DNA from: Nageia nagi
Taxonomy: Eukaryota; Plantae; Pinophyta
Assembly: GCA_050084985.1 (NCBI GenBank)
Contig: JBITNC010000001.1
Span: 137,392,001-137,456,000 of the forward strand
Length of the DNA: 64,000 nt
Reading direction: 5' to 3'
In this document: one piece after another, positions 50,001 through 62,658 of the stretch
How the letters are laid out: every line of letters begins with the position of its first letter
Numbering within the stretch: the first letter of the stretch is position 1
Notes under the pieces: model-generated
Seen by the model: only the letters and a program-made list of their open reading frames with translations
What the model was told of the DNA's origin: nothing
Database searches by the model: none
Made by a program: the position numbers and the translations under genes

Positions 50001-50750
50001 CTCCAGTAGGTCGACTTCCACTTGCACTTGCATTTACACTTGTAGAAGAACTCATGTCTAGTTCCATTCGAATTGCTTGTCTCCTACTTTTCTCTACTAT
50101 AGAACCTATGGCTCTAACTGCCTCCAAGGCAATATCTGGACTTGCAGGTGTGCAACATTCCACATCTTTCCTTCGTATTCTAGGAATGTCTTTTGAACCT
50201 TGTAATTGTTCCCTAGAATTCCTTTCCACAAATGTTGCATTTGAGATATGTTGAATTGCTTGCAACCCCCTCCAATGGTGTCACATATTGCCAAAATTTA
50301 TCCAACTCCTTAGGCATCTTGAAAATGAAGAATTTTGGAAATAGGGCCCCCAAATTCCAACAATCTTCTCCCACCGTGGAAAATATGAAATGGAGTCACA
50401 TATGATCCCCTCAAAGTTATCAAATCTGAAATGCAACCTCCAACAATGTGATTTCAAGTCTCCAAATCACAACAATGCTCCCCTCTACTTCTCCCAAGCT
50501 TGCAAACAAGAAATGATGCAAATGAGCCAAGTAAAACTCACTTTTGACGGCCCTATGCACTTTTTCCAATGATGCTCTTGTCCCTCAGCAAATTCATGAT
50601 GTCTTTCCTTTTTTTTCCCATTTAATTTGACATTTTTTTATGTAAATAAAGCCCATATCTAGCATTTTTTTTTAGGATGAGTACAGAAAATTTTGAAATT
50701 CACCAATTTAGCCAAACTTTGGCATTTAAACGGCAAATTTATAAACTATG
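47058..50750 (-). mobile_element. hAT DNA transposon with decayed, intron-containing transposase
   Basis: TIRs CGTAGTTTACAAAT and CATAGTTTATAAAT (12/14); 8-bp TSD ATTTATAC/ATTTATAA; BED-finger-like 'KCNICGKEF'; DUF659-type 'VVQVVTDN...WTPCACHCIDLLLEDIGK'; C-terminal 'CSASRCERNWSAF'. Confidence 0.93.
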
Positions 50751-53159
50751 ATTTATAATTACCAGTTATTTAATAACAACTCAAAGTTGATCCAGAAGAC
50801 CCCATTTGATAATAGAATTGTATAAGCTAGCTGCCACTTAATAATGGATCAAAGGAGAGCTTTCATCCTGCAAGCTCCACTTTAGTAATAGGTCACAGCG
50901 GAGCATACACGGATTTGCTGTCATAGTTTAACATATATGCATTATATCTCAATCATAATATCTCAGAATACAGTTTCTATCAACAAGGCCCATTATTGGA
51001 TTATATGTTTCAACCCTTCTTTTAGCTTTCATAAATTTCTTGGGATCACTATCCACATGTTCGTTCAACAAATCAAATTTAGAGTTGTTATATATAACAT
51101 AGAGAAGATGGTAAAACATGCATTGCAGCAGTTCTCAAGGTTCTTGGTATATAACAGCATCAATGGCTTTGTTGACTAAATCAATCTCCTGCATCTAAGC
51201 AGTTCTGCAAAGCGTCTGTAGTCAAATTAAATAGCATTCTTATGCATGTCAATGATTTACCAATGCAAACATGTTATGGATACTAAAATGGAATTCATAC
51301 ACAACAGTTTGAATGCATGATTTTTGTGAGAATTCAATAGAGAAAATAAATCAATTACAATGCAACTGATGTTCTCTGAAGTGACTCTCCAAATACTCCC
51401 ATTATGTAAGCTTCCTTCAGCTCTATCCAGGACCTATTTGCATGTGGCGATATGAGTTGACTGGAGTCTTCTATGGAAATCCAATTTTTGGTATTATATT
51501 GGTATTCTAATTAGTGTTGATTTTATCTCAAGTAGCTTACCTATCTATTGCAAAATAACCATGCCATATCTTTTCTTATTTGCATAGTAATTGGCATGAT
51601 TTGTGTATGCCTCTATAATATATATATCTTCAAAATGAGAAAACCAAGATAACTACAAAAAAATGAGTTATTAGTCCAAAGTTCCAAACCAAGTAGGAAC
51701 ATATATGTTCTAATTTTAATAAATTTCAAAAATGAAAATTGTTTATACATTAATTGCTTTTTGGCTAAACCTAGCGAGTGAAATTACCTGGAACAGGCGG
51801 CAAAGCCTCTGGCTCATGTATCCAGGTGGGTTTCCTATATTGTCGAATAAAAAAGGGGCTCCATGCAACATTGCTTTCACAATTGCTTACTGTTACTGAT
51901 GTTCTTTCTGTGGAGTATTGACCTGGTCCCTATGCCATGGAACGATTAACTGAATTAGTAAGACACATATCTGGTTGCAATAGTGCCCAGAATATGAATG
52001 AAGGCAAAGTGTTTGGCCAATGCTATTAACGCATTCCAAAAACACTCAGCAAACAGAAAATCAAAAGTAAAAAGTACCAAAAATAAATTGCAGCCATATG
52101 TTCCAAACACAAACACAGCCATAATTACAATTACAATTCAGTAACCCTAGGCATTCTTCTAGTTTTTTTTATCCCTGCAATGAATGACAGAAAAGTTCAA
52201 GGAATGATAACCCTAAGTGCTTCCGATTTTTCAAAAGTTGGCAAGATATTGTTCCCTATTTCTTTGTCTTTTTTCTCTTCTTCAAAGTCAACAATATTAG
52301 CAATGTACATGGCAAAAGAGATTATTACTTTTTGTACAACCAGTTTGTCATAAGAAATAAAGATATTTTTCTGGAATAGATTTTAATTTACTTGTAAAAG
52401 TGTTTTTGTTGCTGACATATCAGGTCCAAGCTCTAGGACACATTGTCAGAACTTTAGGAATGTAGTACATACTTGAATGTGGGCCCTTTTTAAGGCATTC
52501 TTAACCTAATCCTAATAAGTCTTCATTAAGACTGGCCATTTTACCAAATATTATCACCTACGAAAGATATTACATTGATCGCCACAATATAGAAATGATA
52601 ACCATATACACAATTCAATACATTGAGGGATAATGAATGAAATGTTTGAAGCCCCCATGAACAGAAAGAGAAGGAGATTTCCCATCACCAATAGAATATG
52701 CTGCAATATATCATACATCATAACTAAGAACATGCTGAAAGGTGTCATCGGGACAGAGATATAGGAAAAAGAATGTCTTTGTTTAATCATCCTCAATAGC
52801 AGCAGATTAAGAGCACCTTTAATTGAAGTCCTTTTTATTTCAATCATTGGCATATAGAGATATCAATGTTTGTAATGCTTAGTAGTAAAGTATTTATTTT
52901 ATTGTTATCACTAGCACAATCAATATTAACTTAAAATAGTCTACTGAGTTAAACCAAGAATCACCATGTGTTGTCGGATGAGGCAGCCAGAAAGACATCT
53001 TCCAATCCTGACTACGTTGTTGGTTAACTGGTAACCTTTCCTTTCTCATCTTTTGCATCTCATCATGCTTTTAGGATTTAAGCAATTATGGAGAAAGCAT
53101 ATGCTTGAAACAAATCCTAGCCTTATGCTTTTCACCCACTCTTGAATATTTTGAAAAGT

Positions 53160-54222
53160 TGTAATGTCCTCATTTTTGCTCAGCCTTGTATATATTATAA
53201 TAATTCGTCTAAGTATTGAACGCTCCTCTTCCAAAAGGCGATAGTAGTATTTTAGTATGTTTAGTTATGTTTTAATGTGTTTATTATTGTTCTAGTAAGG
53301 TCAGTTATGTTTTACTTTAATAAAGTAAGATAAGAGAGTTAGTGGCGTATTTAGAAATATTCTAAATAAATATTAGATACTATAAAGTGTCTTTAGCATT
53401 AGTGATTTCTTTCAGCATGTGCTTAAAAGTCTTTTAATTCATTGTGGGTCCTCCTCAAGTGGGTCATTGGCATCCAAGGGAGGAGATTGATCTTTTCACA
53501 TAGAGCGTTGGATTTAGGAATTGCTTGTGAAACCCTAAGTTGGAGCATTTGTTTATTAAAAGGAAATGACACTCATTTGACAAGAAAATTTTGATAAATT
53601 TGGATATTTTCTGAAAGTATCGTTGAGGCAATATCTTCCTTTTGTGGAGTGTCAGCCGCAAAAGTGGGCATGGAGAGGATGGCCAGCCTCCTGGTGATTG
53701 AATTAAGGAATGACTAGCCTTGATTTCATGTGGTAAATCCATTCTAGGATTACATCTACACTTCATTGGAATTTCCTACAATAGTTTTGAAGGTTTGAAA
53801 CCCTAGTTTTCTGCAGTAGTCAGATTGAAGGAGCTAGAAGTGGATTCGTGCATGTTTTGATCAAATTTGGTAGCCAAGGTAGAATGCCCAATTTCTAGAA
53901 CTATTTTTGTGCAATTTCAGGTCAAAATGATGCCCTAGATAGGGACGTTCAGCATTAGGGAATTTTGTTTGGAATTTCTTATGTACCTTTTGAGTACCCT
54001 TTTTGCTCTTAAATTTGTTTACACCTTCAGAGAAATTTAATAAAAATTGTGGAGTATGATTTGGACAATTTTCAGAATTTTCTGCATAATTTCTGAAATA
54101 TTTTCATAACTGAAAATTTTCTGTGTAATTCTAAAAAATATTTGCAAATATATCAAGTATTTTGGCTAAGGTTTCTTACATTGGTATCAAAGTTGGTTTC
54201 CTACCAACCTGAGGAAAAAAGG
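53160..54222 (+). mobile_element. Ty3/Gypsy 5' LTR (53160-54180) plus PBS-Met, interrupted by Tat element B
   Basis: TGTAATGTCC...TCTTACA followed by TGGTATCAAAG (54182). Confidence 0.8.
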
Positions 54223-54804
54223 TGTTGCATACAAATATGCAATCAGAAAAACACATGCATGTAACATGCAACTACATGCACATGACATGCAAGGATAAAA
54301 ATCACACATGCAAGATAAATACTGTATTCCTCTAAAATAATACTCAAAATCTGGGTAATCTTACTATTTATTATTTCATTTGTCTTAAAGCGTGGAAGCT
54401 ATGTATAAAAGAGTACCTAGGAAATCACCATTCTTTTAGAGTTTTCATGTCTTGTATTATTTAAACCTTTCCCCCTATTCACATTCCTACTCCCTAGAGT
54501 GTCGGGAATCATTTTTGTAAATAAAGTCATCCAAAAGTTGTCTTTCTTCAATACCCAGGAAATATGTAAATAAGGCCACCCAGAGATTCTATCAAAACAC
54601 TTGTGTTAAATTTATATTCTTTTACTCTTTAATAACCATAAGTCCAGAATACTCAAAAATCATGTCATCTTCTCCAAATGCACCCAAGAAGTCATGTATC
54701 AAAATTGCCCGGAATCATATTTGTTGCCTTAGAGTCTCTAGGAATCATTGACATGAAAGTCCAAGACTTGTATATATATGCAGAGTTCAACTTTTGAAAA
54801 ATAC

Positions 54805-55200
54805 AAACAAAGCCCGAGGATTTCAAAGCATGATGTCACAATTTTCAATCAAAATAAGCGGGTCCCAGAACAGATAGTAGGCGCTGCAGATTCTTCAAGA
54901 TCATTGACAAAGCCTGACAATTTTAGGAGATGGTCACATTTTTTTGAGAAAATCAGCGGGCCCTGAAGAAAACCAAATCATTAGTAACGACCGGGGATTT
55001 TGGAGGATGATGTCACAAGTTTCAACAAAAATCAACGGGTCCCGATCAAATCAAAATGTAAATAGTACCCGGGGATTTCAAAGCATGACATCACATTTTT
55101 TTGTGAAAATCAACGGCCGAAGAAAACCAAATCATTAGTAGAGCCCGAGGATTTTGGAGGATGACGTCACATTTTTTTGTGAAAATCAATAGGTCCCGGA
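54805..55200 (+). repeat. About 5 diverged 75-95-bp repeats in the Tat B LTR
   Basis: Recurrent CCCG.GGATTT...GATGTCACA.TTTT...AAAATCAA.GG.TCCC. Confidence 0.75.
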
Positions 55201-56295
55201 GGAAAACAGATCATCAACAAAGCCTGAAAGAAGAACATAGAGCCTGCCGAGAGAATAGAAGAGTAATGTATGAGAAAGAACACCTAGGTCCACTTCATCT
55301 TAAGTGTTTGACCCCCGGGGCCCTGTTAATGTGTCAACACCAACTCATTTCCACATAATAGTGGTAGTTCTTCTCGATCTAAGCATACATAATATCTACC
55401 AACCATCATTACTCTGATTACTGACATCCACAGTATACATCATGAAGATTGGAAAGGAGTAGATGGAGGCTAATAAAGCAAACAATCAAATCGTACCAAT
55501 CAACATGCAATCAAACAACTGCTCAATCTACCACAGTACCGCTTTCAATCAGCAATAGTGCTAAATACAATCAGCTACAGGGTTTTGGAAGGAGCAATCA
55601 ACAACATGTCAGAAAGATTGCAGCTCTATGGACATGGTTGATCGGAAGTTTCAAATCCCCAAAAGATCCAGAAAATTCGGATAGTTAATGTTGATTTGAA
55701 CTTGTATATTGTACAATCTAGCACAATTCTAACATTTATGTAAATAACACTGTTGTAGTTGTTTCATTCAATACTAGGAATAATGTATCATAATGAGATC
55801 CAACCACCCAAAAGGGGAGGAAGTTGTATAAATAGCTAGTTTAGAAATTAAAACGGTCGGACATTCTAACAAATTTGCCTGATCTGTAAGAGCAATTCAC
55901 ACATGATAATACAAACAAACAACGCTTTGTCCTCTTGCAACAAAATGGTTATTATTGCTTTTGTGAATGTTAAGCATGAAATGTTTACTTAATCTTGGCT
56001 ATGGATTGTCGCCTGTGTTGCAATGCCCAGGTTGTAAATTTCCCGTTTTAGTTGTTCGTTTATTTATCTCTTTCCTATTACTCTTTACCTTTTTATCCCT
56101 TTCCTATTACTTTTGACCTTAAACATAGATATGAGTCGGCCTATAACCTGGAGATTGAGCAGAAGATTTAGACGAGCGCATTCCCACCACCTTCTGCTCT
56201 TTCAAGGAACCTATTGTTGCAGCAAGTGGAGAACACGACCAGACCAAACCCTTGAAGTTACACTATACCAATCAACAATAAACCAATTCCGTTTT

Positions 56296-56313
56296 TGGCA
56301 TGCCCAATGGGAC
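56296..56313 (+). promoter_or_regulatory. Primer-binding site, tRNA-Arg type
   Basis: TGGCATGCCCAATGGGAC matches the Tat-type PBS TGGCACGCCCAGTGGGAC with two transitions. Confidence 0.8.
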
Positions 56314-56528
56314 ATGAGCTAAATTGTATATTTAGTGGGCGTTATTAGGCCTAATAACTTCATCTGGTGGGTTATCAATTTGATCCTTCAAGATTATAAG
56401 GTTTTTGTGACCTTATTGGCAACTTTGCTATCAACCAATCAATTTTGTTTTGAACCCTAGCACCTCCAGAACACAGGCTAACTAGAAGTAGTGCCAAAAA
56501 TTCCCTAAGATAGCCTAGATTTCAAGAG

Positions 56529-59500
56529 TTGTCACTTCCCTATAGGAGGACTAGACAAAAAATATCTCGGGTTGCATCACCTTTGATCCCTTTAAGAGTT
56601 ACTCGTTTGTCAGTTGTATTTGACTCATTCTCGGAAAATCCTTCACCCCCTGTAAGTCCTCCAAGTATGGCTCAGCCAGCAAACTTCCCTACCTGGAATA
56701 ACAGTCATCCCTTGGTTGTAGCTGCTAATTCACCACCTATACCTCAAGTAGCTTTTAAAGTTTCGCCTACGTATGATGGCTCTGAAAAGATGCCATATGA
56801 GCACTACCAAGATGTATCATTGTTAGCTTATAGCTTTGATATAACTGATGAAACTGTGATGACAAGGTTATTGTCACATTCTTTTGAAGGCAAAGCAACT
56901 GAATGGATCAGAACTCTCACCCCCCAATCTATAAATTCGTGGGGAGAGTTATGTCAGACTCTGATTAAAAGATTTTCTGTATATGGCGATGATAGCACGT
57001 TCCTTACCCTCATAGCATGTATCAAAAGGCATCCACATGAATCTATTGATGCTTTTAATATCAGATTTGAGAGACATTGGAAATCCATACCAGCAAGGAT
57101 AAAACCAACTAATGCTCAAGCTCTGGTATATTACCAAAAAGCTTTCCTTCCTGACCTTAACATGCTTATTGTTATGTCAGGAGATACATTCTCAGATGTT
57201 TATCAGACGGCTAGGACTGCAGAACATACCTTCGTTTCCTCTGGTAAAATGCAACCCAGAACGATCATGCTTGTATTTCCTAGTTTACCTCCTAAGCAAA
57301 CTCCACAAATAGGTCATCCTGGAGTTCTCACCCTACCACCTCCTCCCAAACCTACTATTCAAAATCAACTACCAACATTACTTGCTATCACATCTACAAT
57401 TATTTGTACTGAACCCAAGTCTAAAGAAGAGGAAAGGATAAGGCAGTTGAAGATAACTATCAAAAATCTATCCAACAAACTCACTCTGCAAGAAAGGCAG
57501 AATCATAGTTTTAACTATAGAAGATACGATAATCAGTATCAACCAAAATTCCAACCTAGGGTCAATTAGCCAAAACAGTCTAATCCTCTTAAAGCAATTG
57601 AGAATGTTGTTATGACCAATTCTACAGATGGTGTTGCTTTAGACATTGTGGAATGGCGTCCAACATGTTTAGCTCCTTATTTTCCAGATTCATGTGCAGT
57701 ATATCAACATCAATATTTAGGATTACATTCTGACCAGATAGTAAAACCTGCTTCAGATCCTGCTGCTGACCTCACAATGGTCAACTTTTGGGTTCCGGGA
57801 TTTGCTGGGGAACAAGCAAATTGTGTTCAAACCAGAGCAACTTTTTCAGCAACCCCACAATAGCCTCAAGCCACTCAGCAGTATCCATCTTCCACTCAAC
57901 CCCAACCTGAACCCAAGAAAGCTAAGACACCCTTAGCTCATCCTTATAACCAACGACATCCAGTCCCATTTAATCCAGGTACTATTCTAAATAACCCAGG
58001 TACTAGTGCCCCAGGTGAAACAAACCCCACTGCAACAAGAAAAGAAGTTCCGAACAAGGAAAGACCTGGCACGTTGAGATATCTTTTTATCACTGATCAT
58101 CATAAAGAAAAAGCTACTCAACACTTCAAAGCACATCAACAAAATGAATCAAGTAAGTCTATCCCATATGCTCCATACAATATTGTGGAAGAATTGAAGA
58201 AAACTCCTAGAATGACAATGTTTGATGCATTAAAAATACCTAGTCAATTAGACCTTCTGCAAGAAGCTTTAAAATTAAAAAACAGTAAGAAAAGAACAAA
58301 TGAAGAAAATCATATCTATGTGTCTGAAGTTGTCCCTCCAGCTCCAATAGGTGTAACTAGACCCCCACCTTTATATTTATCCCTAAGATTAGAAGGCTGG
58401 GTAGTAAACAATTGTATGATTGATACTAGAGCTGCCATAACTATTATTCCAAAAGCTGTTGCAGATGAAATTAAATTGTACATTACAAGATGCATTGACG
58501 GGGTCATACAGTTGGATTCTTCCTCAATAGATGTTGTCGGTAGTGTTAAAGGTGTTCAAATAACCTTGAATGTCTTCCCTGACATTAATGTTGTCCAAGA
58601 CATTATTGTAGTTGATCTTCCACCTCTGTTCGGAATTTGTCTTTTCAGAGAATTTACTGCTAAATTGGGAGTGTATCTAGCCTTAGACTATAGTCATCTT
58701 CTGCTTTCTTTCCAAAACAAACAAGTAAAGATTCTGAATGAGAGCACTAAAACTGTCCATCTTATGAGGATCAATGAAGTAAATTGCATAAATAATCCAC
58801 AATCAGTGGAAATATTTGAAAGTGATACACTAGGGGAATCACTACTGACAATCGAAGTTCTATCAGCCAATGATCTGAATTATCAGATCATAGATGCTGG
58901 CATGGGTAATTACTATCTATATGAAAAAGTTCAATCAGTTTCAGTAACTGTTGATAAAGAACAAGAGATATGGATGATGTATTTCGATGGTTCACGATGT
59001 AAACATGGATGTGGAGCTGGGGTCGTCCTCAAATCTCCCAAAAGGATTACTACAAGATTCTCCTTCCGATTCAAATGGACCTGTACTAACAATGCTGTTG
59101 AATAAGAAGCCCTTTGTTTAGGGTTATCTAAAGCAATCAGTTTAGGTATCAGATGCCTAATTGTCCATGTTGATTCTGAATTGGTCATTAAGCAAATAAG
59201 AAATCAGATCAGTGCTAAGCACCATTATTTGAAGAACTACAGGAACAGAGTGTGGGACTTATTGGAATCATTTTTGGCTATCAATTTTGTATTTGTTCCC
59301 AAGAAGCACAACCAGATAGCTGATGCACTTGCTGGAAAAGGAGCACGTTATAACGTTGCACATCATAGAAGAGGAACTCTTGGAGTCAAAGTGCAATGTA
59401 GACCTTCAATTCTTGATGTTGCAAACTTCTGGCAGGTATTTGACTCCGATGAGCATATTGTCAATTTCCTTATAGATGAAGCAATGGCTCACACTTTTGG

Positions 59501-62340
59501 TACTCAGGAGATGTCTGATTGTTTCCAAGAATCAAACAACATTTAACTAAGAAATAATGTAATGTCAAAAGGACTGCTCTCTTTTGAAAGACTTTGATTC
59601 AGAAGATGTCCTAAAGGCTAAGTCTTTGGTCATCTTGAAGGAGAATTATGTTGAGCTAGAGGTAGAACCCGATAAATTCATAAGAGTTGGTTCAGAATGC
59701 TCTGATGTAGAAAAGGCTGCTATGTCTCAAATTTATCATGAGTTTTCCTAGGTAATTGCTTGGACTTATGAGATCTCAAGACATGACAAAAATATCATCC
59801 AACATATAGTTGAGCTTCAGCTAGATGTTAAACCATATAGGCAAAAGCAAAGACCTGTAAATCCAAAAATAGAAGAAGCTATGAAACAGGAGTTAATCAA
59901 ACTCCTTGATTCAAAAATCATTTTTCCAATTAAGCATTCTTCTTGAGTTGCAAATTTAGTTCCTGTGAGAAAGAAAAATGGAGAAATCAGACTGTGTTGA
60001 TTTCAAAAATTTGAATAAAGTGTCTTTGAAAAATAATTATCCTCTCCCTCCTATTGAACAGATCCTACACACAGTAGCCGAAGCCTGTTGCTTTTCAATG
60101 ATAGATGGTTACTCAGGATTTAATCAAATTTGGGTGAAAGATGAAGATCAATTTAAGACAACATTTACGACTAAATGGGGCACATTTGATTTTCAAAGGA
60201 TGCTATTTGGTCTTTCTAATGCAGGAGCTACTTTTCCAAGAGCCATGCATCATGCATTTGGTGAGCTAATAAACAAGATCTTATTGACTTATCTAGATGA
60301 TATCACTGTCTTCTCCAGAAGTAGAAGTGATCATCTAGAACATCTGAGATTAGTCTTTGAAAAATGCATGAAATTTGGCATTTCAATCAACCCAAAAAAG
60401 TTAATTTTTATGGTCAACCAAGGAAAGCTTCTTGGCCATATTGTTTCAAAAGAAGGGCTAGCAATTGATCTAGATAGAGTAAAAGTTATAGAAGCATTGC
60501 TACTCCCATCCAACAAAAAGGCCTTACAATCATTCCTTGGTCAAATCAATTTTGTTAGGAAATTTATTAATAATTTTTCAGAAATTGTATCACCAATCAC
60601 TTCCATGCTTAAAAAGAATGTTGAATTTTCCTGGTCATATGAAGCAAAAATAGCTTTCAAAGAAATAAAGAAGGCTATAACTGAAGCTCCGATGCTTAAG
60701 AATCCTGATATGTCAAAAGATTTCACTATGTATGCACATGGAGCAGACAGGAGCATCACTAAAATCCTTGCACAGAAGGATAAAAATAATAAGGAACACC
60801 CAATTGCCTTTCATAGCCAAACACTGCATCAACACCAACAAAGGTACTCATTTATTGAAAAGCAAGTGTTTTCTATCATGAAAGGACTTAAAAAGTTCAA
60901 ACATTATGTCTCCCACAATAGAATCTTTGTGTATACTATTCATCCAGATGTAGAAATTATATCATACAAGAAGATCTAAGTGAAGGAAGAGTTAGTTGGA
61001 TTACCAAGATAATCGAATATGATATAGAAATCAAGCCGACCAAGCTGATCAGAGGCAGGGCTCTATGTTAGAATATGGCTGAAGCTTCACATATGATTTG
61101 CTTTTGTGGAAGATGAACAGTAACTGAATCAAGAGAGTGATTGGATTAAACAAATTATTATTTATTTTCAAATGGGTAAGTGCCCTGAAGCTTTGGATAG
61201 ATTCCAAAAAAGAAGGTTCAAGTTGCATGCCCTTAAATTTGTTATGATAGATGACCACTTATATAGAAAAAATTTTGATCAAACCCTTTTCAGATGCGTG
61301 ACTGAAGATGAATCCCGAAGGATATTGTATGAATTGCATTACAGATTCTTTGGCAGGCACTACAGTGGACCAACTACAGCAGCAAAGGTATTACAAGCTG
61401 GATACTACTGGCCCACCATATTTCAGGATTCATTTAAGATTGCACGAGTGTGACAAATGCAATAGATTTGTGGGCAAAAGAAGACAAGCTGCCAAGCCTT
61501 TTAGACCGGTAGTGGTGGAAGAGTCTTTTCAACAATGGGGTATGGACTTTATTGGTGTCATAAACCCCAATTCCTCAGCAGGGCACAAATTTATTTTGAT
61601 CGCTAAAGACTACTTTACTAGATGGTCAGAGGCTATGCCATGCAAACATGCAGATCAAGAAGCGGTGATAGAAATGATTAAAAGAATAATCACCCGCATT
61701 GGAATCCCACAAACTAAAGTGTCAAACAATGGTCCGACATTTACTGAAGGCAATCTATCAAGCTTTGTAACTCAATATGAAATCTATTGGTTATTCTCTT
61801 CAAACTATTACCCACAGGGTAACGGGTTAGCTAAATCAACTAACAAAATCCTGACCCGAATTATCAAGAGAACAATTGAAGGGAATCCCAGACAGTGGCA
61901 TACACAATTGGCCTATGCATTATGGGCAGATAGAATTAGTATAAAATCAGCAATAAAGACATCTCCCTATGCATTAGTATATGGTAAAAAATCAGTATTG
62001 CCAATACACAGAGTTATCAGCTATGGAAATCCTGCAAGAAATGGAAGACCATGACTTTGAGCCATTACAATCCAGATATAATCAGCTCCTGAAATTGGAG
62101 GAAGATCACAACAAAGCATATGAGTCATTCCAGCATTGCTAGAGCATCGTCAAGAGATGGTTTGATAAGAAAAAGTCTTCCCGGGTGAAGTTTGAACCGG
62201 GTGATATTGTTCTCAAATGAGACGAGGAAAGAACAAAACCCAGGAGACACCAAAAATGACTCTCTTTGGAGCGGATCTTATGTCATTACCCAAGCTATGC
62301 AACGGGATCTATTTAAAGCATTATCGGGTGATGAGGTAAA
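56529..62340 (+). pseudogene. gag-pol of Tat element B
   Basis: ORFs 56529, 57612, 58074 and 59181 share one frame, separated by point stops. RT/RH 59978-60979; INT 61172-62054. Confidence 0.92.
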
Positions 62341-62658
62341 ATCGGATTCCCCGCAAGGCATTGTATAGTGTAAATACTGTAAATAATTATTTCTGTAAAT
62401 GGTGTAAAAAAAAATTATTATTTGCATAGTTTTCAAGAAGAGTTAATAACCTTTAATGATCAAATTTATTAGGAATTTCATAGCCAAGTACTCAGTTCGA
62501 CACTAAGCATATTTTGAGCACTCAAGTTTTAGAGCATTCAAAGCAAAGAAATTTCAGAGCCAAGTTGCCTTATGAAAAAAATGAAGTTGCAAAACCTCCT
62601 ACTACCCATATTACAATTTTAATGATTACCAGAGGTTCAAGAAAAGGCGAGATTATCA

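Larger units (their letters stand above)
34242..53159 (-). pseudogene. Candidate multi-exon host gene or pseudogene of unknown family (11 predicted exons)
   Basis: GT-AG-bounded segments: 52965-(53159), 51788-51834, 51118-51188, 50763-50867, 46840-46857, 35701-35765, 35307-35332, 35043-35066, 34744-34762, 34496-34575, 34242-34340. The best joined frame has few stops and ends ...STRLRRDYLATLTVLEKVAWHFEVHKT*. Confidence 0.5.
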
